Source of the DNA: Eledone cirrhosa | Taxonomy: Eukaryota | Length of the DNA: 64,000 bases | NCBI GenBank assembly: GCA_964016885.1 | Contig: OZ024740.1 | Location: 431,458,001-431,522,000 of the forward strand | Direction: 5' to 3' | In this document: in pieces, positions 37,591-52,083 of the stretch | Numbering within the stretch: the stretch's first letter is position 1 | Layout: every line of letters starts with the position of its first letter | Program-made: the position numbers and the translations under genes | Notes under the pieces: generated by a model | What the model saw: the letters and a program-made list of their open reading frames with translations, nothing else | The model's database searches: none | What the model was told of the DNA's origin: nothing

Positions 37591-40167
37591 AAGTAGGTTG
37601 TGGTGTTGAACTCTGTTAAAGACATCCCAGGAGTAGGTTGTGGTATTGAACTTTGTTAAAGTGATCCCAGAAGTAGGTTGTGGTGTTGAACTTTGTTAAA
37701 GACATCCCAGGAGTAGGTTGTGGTGTTGAACTCTGTTAAAGACATCTCAGGAGTAGGTTGTGGTGTTGAACTCTGTTAAAGACATCCGAGAAGTAGGTTG
37801 TGGTGTTGAACTTTGTTAAAGACATCCCAGAAGTAGGTTGTGGTATTGAACTTTGTTAAAGTGATCCCAGAAGTAGGTTGTTGTGTTGAACTCTGTTAAA
37901 GGCATCCCAGGAGTAGGTTATGGTGTTGAACTCTGTTAAAGACATTCCAGGAGTAGGTTGTGGTGTTGAACTATGTTAAAGACATCTCAGAAGTAGGTGG
38001 TGGTATAGAAATCTTATTATAGACATCCTACGAGTAGGTTGTGGTGTAGAACTCTGTTAAAGACATCCCATTAGTAGGTTGTGGTGTTGAACTCTGTTAA
38101 AGACATCCCAGAAGTAGGTTCTGGTGTTGATCTCTGTTAAAGACATCCCAGAAGTAGGTTGTGGAGTAGAACTCTGTTAAAGACATCCCAGAAGTAGGTT
38201 GTGGTATTGAACTCTGTTAAAGACATCCCAGGAGTAGGTTGTGGTATTGAACTCTGTTAAAGACATCCAAGGAGTAGCTTGTGGTGTTGAACTCTGTTAA
38301 AGACATTCCAGCAGTAGGTTGTGGTGGTGAACTCTGTTAAAGACATCTCAGAGGTAGGTTGTGGTGTTGAACTCTGTTAAAGACATCCCAGAATTAGGTT
38401 GTGGTATTGAACTCTGTTAAAGACATCCCAGGAGTAGGTTGTGGTATTGAACTCTGTTAAAGACATCTCAGGAGTAGGTTGTGTTGTTGAACTCTGTTAA
38501 AGACATCCCAGGAGTAGGTTGTGGTATTGAACTCTGTTAACGACATCCCAGGACTAGGTTGTGGTGTTGAACTCTGTTAAAGAGATCCCAGAAGTAGGTT
38601 GTCGTGTTGAACTCTGTTAAAGACATCCCAGAAGTAGGTTGTGGTATTGAACTTGTAAAAGACATCCCAGGAGTAGGTTGTGGTGTTGAACTCTGTTAAA
38701 GACATCCCAGGAGTAGTTTGTAGTGTTGAACTCTGTTAAAGACATCCCAAGAGTAGGTTGTGGTCTTGAACTTTGTTAAAGTGATCCCAGAAGTAGGTTG
38801 TGGTGTTGAACTCTGTTAAAGACATCCCAGGCGTAGGTTGTGGTATTGAACTCTGTTAAAGACATCTCAGAAGTAGGTCGTGGTATTGAACTCTTATTAT
38901 AGACATCCTACGAGTACGTTGTGGTGTTGAACTCTGTTAAAGACATCCCAGGAGTAGGTTGTGGTGTTGAACTCTGTTAAAGACATCCCAGGAGTAGGTT
39001 GTGCTATTGAACTCTATTAAAGACATCCTAGAAGTAGGTTGTGTTATTGAACTCTGTTAAACTCATCCCATTAGTAGGTTGTGGTGTTGAACTCTGTTAA
39101 AGACATCCCATTAGTAGGTTGTGGTGTTGAACTCTGTAAAAAACATCCCAGAAGTAGGTTGTGGTGTTGAACTCTGTTAAATACATCCCATTAGTAGGTT
39201 GTGGTGTTGAACTCTGTTAAAGACATCTCAGAAGTAGGTCGTGGTATTGAACTCTTATTATAGACATCCTACGAGTAGGTTGTGGTGTTGAACTCTGTTA
39301 AAGACATCCCAGGAGTAAGTTGTGGTGTTGAACTCTGTTAAAGACATCCCAGGAGTAGGTTGTGGTATTGAACTCTATTAAAGACATCCTAGAAGTAGGT
39401 TGTGTTATTGAACTCTGTTAAAGACATCGCAGGAGTAGGTTGTGGTATTGAACTCTGTTAAAGACATCCCATTAGTAGGTTGTGGTATTGAACTCTGTTA
39501 AAGACATCCCAGAAGTAGGTTGTGGTATTGAACTCTGTTAAAGACATCTCAGGAGTAGGTTGTGGTGTTGAACTCTGTTAAAGACATCCCAAGAGTAGGC
39601 TATGGTGTTGAACTTTGTTAAAGACATCCCAGGAGTAGGTTGTGGTATTGAACTCTGTTAAAGACATCCCTAAGTTAGGTTGTGGTGTTGAACTCTGTTA
39701 AAGACATCTCAGGTGTAAGTTGTGGAGTTGAACTCTGTTAAAAACATCCCCGGAGTAGGTTGTGGTATTGAACTCTGTTAAAGACATCCCAGGAGTAGGT
39801 TGTCGTGTTGAACTCTGTTAAAGACATCCTAGAAGTAGGTTGTGGTCTTGAACTCTGTTAAAGACATCCTAGAAGTAGGCTGTGGTGTCAAACTCTGTTA
39901 AAGACATCCCAGAAGTAGGTTGTAGTATTGAACTCTGTTAAAGACATCTCAGGAGTAGGTTGTGGTGTTGAACTCTGTTAAAGACATCCTACGAGTAGGT
40001 TGTGGTGTTGAACTCTGTTAAAGACATCCCATTAGTAGGTTGTGGTGTTGAACTCTGTAAAAAACATCCCAGAAGTAGGTTGTGGTGTTGAATTCTGTTA
40101 AAGACATCCCAGGCGTAGGTTGTGGTGTTGAACTCTGTTAAAGACATCTCAGAAGTAGGTCGTGGTA

Positions 40168-43100
40168 TTGAACTCTTATTATAGACATCCTACGAGTAGG
40201 TTGTGGTGTTGAACTCTGTTAAAGACATCCCAGGAGTAAGTTGTGGTGTTGAACTCTGTTAAAGACATCCCAGGAGTAGGTTGTGGTATTGAACTCTATT
40301 AAAGACATCCTAGAAGTAGGTTGTGTTATTGAACTCTGTTAAAGACATCGCAGGAGTAGGTTGTGGTATTGAACTCTGTTAAAGACATCCCATTAGTAGG
40401 TTGTGGTATTGAACTCTGTTAAAGACATCCCAGAAGTAGGTTGTGGTATTGAACTCTGTTAAAGACATCTCAGGAGTAGGTTGTGGTGTTGAACTCTGTT
40501 AAAGACATCCCAGGAGTAGGCTATGGTGTTGAACTTTGTTAAAGACATCCCAGGAGTAGGTTGTGGTATTGAACTCTGTTAAAGACATCCCTAAGTTAGG
40601 TTGTGGTGTTGAACTCTGTTAAAGACATCTCAGGTGTAAGTTGTGGAGTTGAACTCTGTTAAAAACATCCCCGGAGTAGGTTGTGGTATTGAACTCTGTT
40701 AAAGACATCCCAGGAGTAGGTTGTCGTGTTGAACTCTGTTAAAGACATCCTAGAAGTAGGTTGTGGTCTTGAACTCTGTTAAAGACATCCTAGAAGTAGG
40801 CTGTGGTGTCAAACTCTGTTAAAGACATCCCAGAAGTAGGTTGTGGTATTGAACTCTGTTAAAGACATCTCAGGAGTAGGTTGTGGTGTTGAACTCTGTT
40901 AAAGACATCCGAGAGGTAGGTTGTAGTGTTGAACTTTGTTAAAGAAATCCCAGAAGTAGGTTGTGGTATTGAACTCTGTTAAAGACATCCCAGAAGTAGG
41001 TTGTGGTATTGAACTCTGTTAAAGACATCTCAGGAGTAGGTTGTGGTGTTGAACTCAGTTAAAGACATCCGAGAGGTAGATTGTGGTGTTGAACTTTGTT
41101 AAAGACATCCCAGAAGTAGGTTGTGGTGTTGAACTCTGTTAAAGACATCCCAGAAGTAGGTTGTGGTGTTGAACTCTGTTAAAGACATCCGAAAAGTCGG
41201 TTGTGGTGTTGAACTTCGTTAAGGTGATCCCAGAAGTAGGTTGTGGTGTTGAACTCTGTTAAAGACATCCCAGGAGTAGGTTGTGGTATTGAACTTTGTT
41301 AAAGTGATCCCAGAAGTAGGTTGTGGTGTTGAACTTTGTTAAAGACATCCCAGGAGTAGGTTGTGGTGTTGAACTCTGTTAAAGACATCTCAGGAGTAGG
41401 TTGTCGTGTTGAACTCTGTTAAAGACATCCGAGAGGTAGGTTGTGGTGGTGAACTCTGTTAAAGACATCTCAGGAGTAGGTTGTGGTGTTGAACTCTGTT
41501 AAAGACATCCGAGAAGTAGGTTGTGGTGTTGAACTTTGTTAAAGACATCCCAGAAGTAGGTTGTGGTATTGAACTTTGTTAAAGTGATCCCAGAAGTAGG
41601 TTGTGGTGTTGAACTCTGTTAAAGAGATCCCAGGAGTAGGTTATGGTGTTGAACTCTGTTAAAGACATCCTACGAGTAGGTTGTGGTGTAGAACTCTGTT
41701 AAAGACATCCCATTAGTAGGTTGTGGTGTTGAACTCTGTTAAAGACATCCCAGAAGTAGGTTGTGGTGTTGATCTCTGTTAAAGACATCCCAGAAGTAGG
41801 TTGTGGAGTAGAACTCTGTTAAAGACATCCCAGAAGTAGGTTGTGGTATTGAACTCTGTTAAAGACATCCCAGGAGTAGGTTGTGGTATTGAACTCTGTT
41901 AAAGACATCCAAGGAGTAGCTTGTGGTGTTGAACTCTGTTAAAGACATTCCAGCAGTAGGTTGTGGTGGTGAACTCTGTTAAAGACATCTCAGAGGTAGG
42001 TTGTGGTGTTGAACTCTGTTAAAGACATCCCAGAAGTAGGTTGTGGTGTTGAACTCTGTTAAAGACATCCCATGAGTAGGTTGTGGTATTGAACTCTGTT
42101 AAAGACATCTCAGGAGTAGGTTGTGTTGTTGAACTCTGTTAAAGACATCCCAGGAGTAGGTTGTGGTATTGAACTCTGTTAACGACATCCCAGGACTAGG
42201 TTGTGGTGTTGAACTCTGTTAAAGAGATCCCAGAAGTAGGTTGTCGTGTTGAACACTGTTAAAGACATCCCAGGAGTAATTTGTGGTGTTGAACTTTGTT
42301 AAAGAGATCCCAGCAGTAGGTTGTGGTGTTGAACTCTGTTAAAGACATCCCAGAAGTAGGTTGTGGTGTTGAACTCTGTTAAAGACATCCCAGAAGTAGG
42401 TTGTGGTCTTGAACTTTGTTAAAGTGATCCCAGAAGTAGGTTGTGGTGTTGAACTCTGTTAAAGACATCCCAGGCGTAGGTTGTGGTATTGAACTCTGTT
42501 AAAGACATCTCAGAAGTAGGTCGTGGTATTGAACTCTTATTATAGACATCCTACGAGTAGGTTGTGGTGTTGAACTCTGTTAAAGACATCCCAGGAGTAG
42601 GTTGTGGTGTTGAACTCTGTTAAAGACATCCCAGGAGTAGGTTGTGGTATTGAACTCTATTAAAGACATCCTAGAAGTAGGTTGTGTTATTGAACTCTGT
42701 TAAAGACATCGCAGGAGTAGGTTGTGGTATTGAACTCTGTTAAAGACATCCCATTAGTAGGTTGTGGTATTGAACTCTGTTAAAGACATCCCAGAAGTAG
42801 GTTGTGGTATTGAACTCTGTTAAAGACATCTCAGGAGTAGGTTGTGGTGTTGAACTCTGTTAAAGACATCCCAGGAGTAGGCTATGGTGTTGAACTTTGT
42901 TAAAGACATCCCAGGAGTAGGTTGTGGTATTGAACTCTGTTAAAGACATCCCTAAGTTAGGTTGTGTTATTGAACTCTGTTAAAGACATCGCAGGAGTAG
43001 GTTGTGGTATTGAACTCTGTTAAAGACATCCCAGGAGTAGGTTGTGTTGAACTCTGTTAAAGACATCCTAGAAGTAGGTTGTGGTCTTGAACTCTGTTAA

Positions 43101-46100
43101 AGACATCCTAGAAGTAGGTTGTGGTGTCAAACTCTGTTAAAGACATCCCAGAAGTAGGTTGTGGTATTGAACTCTGTTAAAGACATCTCAGGAGTAGGTT
43201 GTGGTGTTGAACTCTGTTAAAGACATCCGAGAGGTAGGTTGTAGTGTTGAACTTTGTTAAAGAAATCCCAGAAGTAGGTTGTGGTATTGAACTCTGTTAA
43301 AGACATCCCAGAAGTAGGTTGTGGTATTGAACTCTGTTAAAGACATCTCAGGAGTAGGTTGTGGTGTTGAACTCAGTTAAAGACATCCGAGAGGTAGGTT
43401 GTGGTGTTGAACTTTGTTAAAGACATCCCAGAATTAGGTTGTGGTGTTGAACTCTGTTAAAGACATCCCAGAAGTAGGTTGTGGTGTTGAACTCTTATTA
43501 TAGACATCCTACGAGTAGGTTGTGGTGTTGAACTCTGTTAAAGACATCCCAGGAGTAAGTTGTGGTGTTGAACTCTGTTAAAGACATCCCAGGAGTAGGT
43601 TGTGGTATTGAACTCTATTAAAGACATCCTAGAAGTAGGTTGTGTTATTGAACTCTGTTAAAGACATCGCAGGAGTAGGTTGTGGTATTGAACTCTGTTA
43701 AAGACATCCCATTAGTAGGTTGTGGTATTGAACTCTGTTAAAGACATCCCAGAAGTAGGTTGTGGTATTGAACTCTGTTAAAGACATCTCAGGAGTAGGT
43801 TGTGGTGTTGAACTCTGTTAAAGACATCCCAGGAGTAGGCTATGGTGTTGAACTTTGTTAAAGACATCCCAGGAGTAGGTTGTGGTATTGAACTCTGTTA
43901 AAGACATCCCTAAGTTAGGTTGTGGTGTTGAACTCTGTTAAAGACATCTCAGGTGTAAGTTGTGGAGTTGAACTCTGTTAAAAACATCCCCGGAGTAGGT
44001 TGTGGTATTGAACTCTGTTAAAGACATCCCAGGAGTAGGTTGTCGTGTTGAACTCTGTTAAAGACATCCTAGAAGTAGGTTGTGGTCTTGAACTCTGTTA
44101 AAGACATCCTAGAAGTAGGCTGTGGTGTCAAACTCTGTTAAAGACATCCCAGAAGTAGGTTGTGGTATTGAACTCTGTTAAAGACATCTCAGGAGTAGGT
44201 TGTGGTGTTGAACTCTGTTAAAGACATCCGAGAGGTAGGTTGTAGTGTTGAACTTTGTTAAAGAAATCCCAGAAGTAGGTTGTGGTATTGAACTCTGTTA
44301 AAGACATCCCAGAAGTAGGTTGTGGTATTGAACTCTGTTAAAGACATCTCAGGAGTAGGTTGTGGTGTTGAACTCAGTTAAAGACATCCGAGAGGTAGAT
44401 TGTGGTGTTGAACTTTGTTAAAGACATCCCAGAAGTAGGTTGTGGTGTTGAACTCTGTTAAAGACATCCCAGAAGTAGGTTGTGGTGTTGAACTCTGTTA
44501 AAGACATCCGAAAAGTCGGTTGTGGTGTTGAACTTCGTTAAGGTGATCCCAGAAGTAGGTTGTGGTGTTGAACTCTGTTAAAGACATCCCAGGAGTAGGT
44601 TGTGGTATTGAACTTTGTTAAAGTGATCCCAGAAGTAGGTTGTGGTGTTGAACTTTGTTAAAGACATCCCAGGAGTAGGTTGTGGTGTTGAACTCTGTTA
44701 AAGACATCTCAGGAGTAGGTTGTCGTGTTGAACTCTGTTAAAGACATCCGAGAGGTAGGTTGTGGTGGTGAACTCTGTTAAAGACATCTCAGGAGTAGGT
44801 TGTGGTGTTGAACTCTGTTAAAGACATCCGAGAAGTAGGTTGTGGTGTTGAACTTTGTTAAAGACATCCCAGAAGTAGGTTGTGGTATTGAACTTTGTTA
44901 AAGTGATCCCAGAAGTAGGTTGTGGTGTTGAACTCTGTTAAAGAGATCCCAGGAGTAGGTTATGGTGTTGAACTCTGTTAAAGACATCCTACGAGTAGGT
45001 TGTGGTGTAGAACTCTGTTAAAGACATCCCATTAGTAGGTTGTGGTGTTGAACTCTGTTAAAGACATCCCAGAAGTAGGTTGTGGTGTTGATCTCTGTTA
45101 AAGACATCCCAGAAGTAGGTTGTGGAGTAGAACTCTGTTAAAGACATCCCAGAAGTAGGTTGTGGTATTGAACTCTGTTAAAGACATCCCAGGAGTAGGT
45201 TGTGGTATTGAACTCTGTTAAAGACATCCAAGGAGTAGCTTGTGGTGTTGAACTCTGTTAAAGACATTCCAGCAGTAGGTTGTGGTGGTGAACTCTGTTA
45301 AAGACATCTCAGAGGTAGGTTGTGGTGTTGAACTCTGTTAAAGACATCCCAGAAGTAGGTTGTGGTGTTGAACTCTGTTAAAGACATCCCATGAGTAGGT
45401 TGTGGTATTGAACTCTGTTAAAGACATCTCAGGAGTAGGTTGTGTTGTTGAACTCTGTTAAAGACATCCCAGGAGTAGGTTGTGGTATTGAACTCTGTTA
45501 ACGACATCCCAGGACTAGGTTGTGGTGTTGAACTCTGTTAAAGAGATCCCAGAAGTAGGTTGTCGTGTTGAACACTGTTAAAGACATCCCAGGAGTAATT
45601 TGTGGTGTTGAACTTTGTTAAAGAGATCCCAGCAGTAGGTTGTGGTGTTGAACTCTGTTAAAGACATCCCAGAAGTAGGTTGTGGTGTTGAACTCTGTTA
45701 AAGACATCCCAGAAGTAGGTTGTGGTCTTGAACTTTGTTAAAGTGATCCCAGAAGTAGGTTGTGGTGTTGAACTCTGTTAAAGACATCCCAGGCGTAGGT
45801 TGTGGTATTGAACTCTGTTAAAGACATCTCAGAAGTAGGTCGTGGTATTGAACTCTTATTATAGACATCCTACGAGTAGGTTGTGGTGTTGAACTCTGTT
45901 AAAGACATCCCAGGAGTAGGTTGTGGTGTTGAACTCTGTTAAAGACATCCCAGGAGTAGGTTGTGGTATTGAACTCTATTAAAGACATCCTAGAAGTAGG
46001 TTGTGTTATTGAACTCTGTTAAAGACATCGCAGGAGTAGGTTGTGGTATTGAACTCTGTTAAAGACATCCCATTAGTAGGTTGTGGTATTGAACTCTGTT

Positions 46101-46805
46101 AAAGACATCCCAGAAGTAGGTTGTGGTATTGAACTCTGTTAAAGACATCTCAGGAGTAGGTTGTGGTGTTGAACTCTGTTAAAGACATCCCAGGAGTAGG
46201 CTATGGTGTTGAACTTTGTTAAAGACATCCCAGGAGTAGGTTGTGGTATTGAACTCTGTTAAAGACATCCCTAAGTTAGGTTGTGTTATTGAACTCTGTT
46301 AAAGACATCGCAGGAGTAGGTTGTGGTATTGAACTCTGTTAAAGACATCCCAGGAGTAGGTTGTGTTGAACTCTGTTAAAGACATCCTAGAAGTAGGTTG
46401 TGGTCTTGAACTCTGTTAAAGACATCCTAGAAGTAGGTTGTGGTGTCAAACTCTGTTAAAGACATCCCAGAAGTAGGTTGTGGTATTGAACTCTGTTAAA
46501 GACATCTCAGGAGTAGGTTGTGGTGTTGAACTCTGTTAAAGACATCCGAGAGGTAGGTTGTAGTGTTGAACTTTGTTAAAGAAATCCCAGAAGTAGGTTG
46601 TGGTATTGAACTCTGTTAAAGACATCCCAGAAGTAGGTTGTGGTATTGAACTCTGTTAAAGACATCTCAGGAGTAGGTTGTGGTGTTGAACTCAGTTAAA
46701 GACATCCGAGAGGTAGGTTGTGGTGTTGAACTTTGTTAAAGACATCCCAGAATTAGGTTGTGGTGTTGAACTCTGTTAAAGACATCCCAGAAGTAGGTTG
46801 TGGTG
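40168..46805. repeat. Tandem segmental duplication, period 3319 bp (83 monomers)
   Basis: The 37-bp deletion monomer at 43041 recurs at 46360. GGTAGATTG, CCCATGAG and GAGTAATTTG recur at the same offset. The length fits 83x40 +2 -3. Confidence 0.9.
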
Positions 46806-49800
46806 TTGAACTCTGTTAAAGACATCCGAAAAGTCGGTTGTGGTGTTGAACTTCGTTAAGGTGATCCCAGAAGTAGGTTGTGGTGTTGAACTCTGTTAAA
46901 GACATCCCAGGAGTAGGTTGTGGTATTGAACTTTGTTAAAGTGATCCCAGAAGTAGGTTGTGGTGTTGAACTTTGTTAAAGACATCCCAGGAGTAGGTTG
47001 TGGTGTTGAACTCTGTTAAAGACATCTCAGGAGTAGGTTGTGGTGTTGAACTCTGTTAAAGACATCCGAGAGGTAGGTTGTGGTGGTGAACTCTGTTAAA
47101 GACATCTCAGGAGTAGGTTGTGGTGTTGAACTCTGTTAAAGACATCCGAGAAGTAGGTTGTGGTGTTGAACTTTGTTAAAGACATCCCAGAAGTAGGTTG
47201 TGGTATTGAACTTTGTTAAAGTGATCCCAGAAGTAGGTTGTGGTGTTGAACTCTGTTAAAGACATCCCAGGAGTAGGTTATGGTGTTGAACTCTGTTAAA
47301 GACATTCCAGGAGTAGGTTGTGGTGTTGAACTATGTTAAAGACATCTCAGAAGTAGGTTGTGGTATAGAAATCTTATTATAGACATCCTACGAGTAGGTT
47401 GTGGTGTAGAACTCTGTTAAAGACATCCCATTAGTAGGTTGTGGTGTTGAACTCTGTTAAAGACATCCCAGAAGTAGGTTGTGGTGTTGATCTCTGTTAA
47501 AGACATCCCAGAAGTAGGTTGTGGAGTAGAACTCTGTTAAAGACATTCCAGAAGTAGGTTGTGGTATTGAACTCTGTTAAAGACATCCCAGGAGTAGGTT
47601 GTGGTATTGAACTCTGTTAAAGACATCCAAGGAGTAGCTTGTGGTATTGAACTCTGTTAAAGACATTCCAGCAGTAGGTTGTGGTGGTGAACTCTGTTAA
47701 AGACATCTCAGAGGTAGGTTGTGGTGTTGAACTCTGTTAAAGACATCCCAGAAGTAGGTTGTGGTATTGAACTCTGTTAAAGACATCCCAGGAGTAGGTT
47801 GTGGTATTGAACTCTGTTAAAGACATCTCAGGAGTAGGTTGTGTTGTTGAACTCTGTTAAAGACATCCCAGGAGTAGGTTGTGGTATTGAACTCTGTTAA
47901 CGACATCCCAGGACTAGGTTGTGGTGTTGAACTCTGTTAAAGAGATCCCAGAAGTAGGTTGTCGTGTTGAACTTTGTTAAAGACATCCCAGGAGTAGGTT
48001 GTGGTATTGAACTCTGTTAAAGACATCCCTAAGTTAGGTTGTGGTGTTGAACTCTGTTAAAGACATCTCAGGTGTAAGTTGTGGAGTTGAACTCTGTTAA
48101 AAACATCCCCGGAGTAGGTTGTGGTATTGAACTCTGTTAAAGACATCCCAGGAGTAGGTTGTCGTGTTGAACTCTGTTAAAGACATCCTAGAAGTAGGTT
48201 GTGGTCTTGAACTCTGTTAAAGACATCCTAGAAGTAGGCTGTGGTGTCAAACTCTGTTAAAGACATCCCAGAAGTAGGTTGTGGTATTGAACTCTGTTAA
48301 AGACATCTCAGGAGTAGGTTGTGGTGTTGAACTCTGTTAAAGACATCCGAGAGGTAGGTTGTAGTGTTGAACTTTGTTAAAGAAATCCCAGAAGTAGGTT
48401 GTGGTATTGAACTCTGTTAAAGACATCCCAGAAGTAGGTTGTGGTATTGAACTCTGTTAAAGACATCTCAGGAGTAGGTTGTGGTGTTGAACTCAGTTAA
48501 AGACATCCGAGAGGTAGATTGTGGTGTTGAACTTTGTTAAAGACATCCCAGAAGTAGGTTGTGGTGTTGAACTCTGTTAAAGACATCCCAGAAGTAGGTT
48601 GTGGTGTTGAACTCTGTTAAAGACATCCGAAAAGTCGGTTGTGGTGTTGAACTTCGTTAAGGTGATCCCAGAAGTAGGTTGTGGTGTTGAACTCTGTTAA
48701 AGACATCCCAGGAGTAGGTTGTGGTATTGAACTTTGTTAAAGTGATCCCAGAAGTAGGTTGTGGTGTTGAACTTTGTTAAAGACATCCCAGGAGTAGGTT
48801 GTGGTGTTGAACTCTGTTAAAGACATCTCAGGAGTAGGTTGTCGTGTTGAACTCTGTTAAAGACATCCGAGAGGTAGGTTGTGGTGGTGAACTCTGTTAA
48901 AGACATCTCAGGAGTAGGTTGTGGTGTTGAACTCTGTTAAAGACATCCGAGAAGTAGGTTGTGGTGTTGAACTTTGTTAAAGACATCCCAGAAGTAGGTT
49001 GTGGTATTGAACTTTGTTAAAGTGATCCCAGAAGTAGGTTGTGGTGTTGAACTCTGTTAAAGAGATCCCAGGAGTAGGTTATGGTGTTGAACTCTGTTAA
49101 AGACATCCTACGAGTAGGTTGTGGTGTAGAACTCTGTTAAAGACATCCCATTAGTAGGTTGTGGTGTTGAACTCTGTTAAAGACATCCCAGAAGTAGGTT
49201 GTGGTGTTGATCTCTGTTAAAGACATCCCAGAAGTAGGTTGTGGAGTAGAACTCTGTTAAAGACATCCCAGAAGTAGGTTGTGGTATTGAACTCTGTTAA
49301 AGACATCCCAGGAGTAGGTTGTGGTATTGAACTCTGTTAAAGACATCCAAGGAGTAGCTTGTGGTGTTGAACTCTGTTAAAGACATTCCAGCAGTAGGTT
49401 GTGGTGGTGAACTCTGTTAAAGACATCTCAGAGGTAGGTTGTGGTGTTGAACTCTGTTAAAGACATCCCAGAAGTAGGTTGTGGTGTTGAACTCTGTTAA
49501 AGACATCCCATGAGTAGGTTGTGGTATTGAACTCTGTTAAAGACATCTCAGGAGTAGGTTGTGTTGTTGAACTCTGTTAAAGACATCCCAGGAGTAGGTT
49601 GTGGTATTGAACTCTGTTAACGACATCCCAGGACTAGGTTGTGGTGTTGAACTCTGTTAAAGAGATCCCAGAAGTAGGTTGTCGTGTTGAACACTGTTAA
49701 AGACATCCCAGGAGTAATTTGTGGTGTTGAACTTTGTTAAAGAGATCCCAGCAGTAGGTTGTGGTGTTGAACTCTGTTAAAGACATCCCAGAAGTAGGTT

Positions 49801-52083
49801 GTGGTGTTGAACTCTGTTAAAGACATCCCAGAAGTAGGTTGTGGTCTTGAACTTTGTTAAAGTGATCCCAGAAGTAGGTTGTGGTGTTGAACTCTGTTAA
49901 AGACATCCCAGGCGTAGGTTGTGGTATTGAACTCTGTTAAAGACATCTCAGAAGTAGGTCGTGGTATTGAACTCTTATTATAGACATCCTACGAGTAGGT
50001 TGTGGTGTTGAACTCTGTTAAAGACATCCCAGGAGTAGGTTGTGGTGTTGAACTCTGTTAAAGACATCCCAGGAGTAGGTTGTGGTATTGAACTCTATTA
50101 AAGACATCCTAGAAGTAGGTTGTGTTATTGAACTCTGTTAAAGACATCGCAGGAGTAGGTTGTGGTATTGAACTCTGTTAAAGACATCCCATTAGTAGGT
50201 TGTGGTATTGAACTCTGTTAAAGACATCCCAGAAGTAGGTTGTGGTATTGAACTCTGTTAAAGACATCTCAGGAGTAGGTTGTGGTGTTGAACTCTGTTA
50301 AAGACATCCCAGGAGTAGGCTATGGTGTTGAACTTTGTTAAAGACATCCCAGGAGTAGGTTGTGGTATTGAACTCTGTTAAAGACATCCCTAAGTTAGGT
50401 TGTGTTATTGAACTCTGTTAAAGACATCGCAGGAGTAGGTTGTGGTATTGAACTCTGTTAAAGACATCCCAGGAGTAGGTTGTGTTGAACTCTGTTAAAG
50501 ACATCCTAGAAGTAGGTTGTGGTCTTGAACTCTGTTAAAGACATCCTAGAAGTAGGTTGTGGTGTCAAACTCTGTTAAAGACATCCCAGAAGTAGGTTGT
50601 GGTATTGAACTCTGTTAAAGACATCTCAGGAGTAGGTTGTGGTGTTGAACTCTGTTAAAGACATCCGAGAGGTAGGTTGTAGTGTTGAACTTTGTTAAAG
50701 AAATCCCAGAAGTAGGTTGTGGTATTGAACTCTGTTAAAGACATCCCAGAAGTAGGTTGTGGTATTGAACTCTGTTAAAGACATCTCAGGAGTAGGTTGT
50801 GGTGTTGAACTCAGTTAAAGACATCCGAGAGGTAGGTTGTGGTGTTGAACTTTGTTAAAGACATCCCAGAATTAGGTTGTGGTGTTGAACTCTGTTAAAG
50901 ACATCCCAGAAGTAGGTTGTGGTGTTGAACTCTGTTAAAGACATCCGAAAAGTCGGTTGTGGTGTTGAACTTCGTTAAGGTGATCCCAGAAGTAGGTTGT
51001 GGTGTTGAACTCTGTTAAAGACATCCCAGGAGTAGGTTGTGGTATTGAACTTTGTTAAAGTGATCCCAGAAGTAGGTTGTGGTGTTGAACTTTGTTAAAG
51101 ACATCCCAGGAGTAGGTTGTGGTGTTGAACTCTGTTAAAGACATCTCAGGAGTAGGTTGTGGTGTTGAACTCTGTTAAAGACATCCGAGAGGTAGGTTGT
51201 GGTGGTGAACTCTGTTAAAGACATCTCAGGAGTAGGTTGTGGTGTTGAACTCTGTTAAAGACATCCGAGAAGTAGGTTGTGGTGTTGAACTTTGTTAAAG
51301 ACATCCCAGAAGTAGGTTGTGGTATTGAACTTTGTTAAAGTGATCCCAGAAGTAGGTTGTGGTGTTGAACTCTGTTAAAGACATCCCAGGAGTAGGTTAT
51401 GGTGTTGAACTCTGTTAAAGACATTCCAGGAGTAGGTTGTGGTGTTGAACTATGTTAAAGACATCTCAGAAGTAGGTTGTGGTATAGAAATCTTATTATA
51501 GACATCCTACGAGTAGGTTGTGGTGTAGAACTCTGTTAAAGACATCCCATTAGTAGGTTGTGGTGTTGAACTCTGTTAAAGACATCCCAGAAGTAGGTTG
51601 TGGTGTTGATCTCTGTTAAAGACATCCCAGAAGTAGGTTGTGGAGTAGAACTCTGTTAAAGACATTCCAGAAGTAGGTTGTGGTATTGAACTCTGTTAAA
51701 GACATCCCAGGAGTAGGTTGTGGTATTGAACTCTGTTAAAGACATCCAAGGAGTAGCTTGTGGTATTGAACTCTGTTAAAGACATTCCAGCAGTAGGTTG
51801 TGGTGGTGAACTCTGTTAAAGACATCTCAGAGGTAGGTTGTGGTGTTGAACTCTGTTAAAGACATCCCAGAAGTAGGTTGTGGTATTGAACTCTGTTAAA
51901 GACATCCCAGGAGTAGGTTGTGGTATTGAACTCTGTTAAAGACATCTCAGGAGTAGGTTGTGTTGTTGAACTCTGTTAAAGACATCCCAGGAGTAGGTTG
52001 TGGTATTGAACTCTGTTAACGACATCCCAGGACTAGGTTGTGGTGTTGAACTCTGTTAAAGAGATCCCAGAAGTAGGTTGTCG
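43846..52083. repeat. Tandem segmental duplication, period 4119 bp (103 monomers), overlapping the 3319-bp duplication
   Basis: The 37-bp monomer occurs at 46360 and 50479. TATAGAAATCTTATTAT occurs at about 47364 and 51483. The length fits 103x40 +2 -3. Confidence 0.9.
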
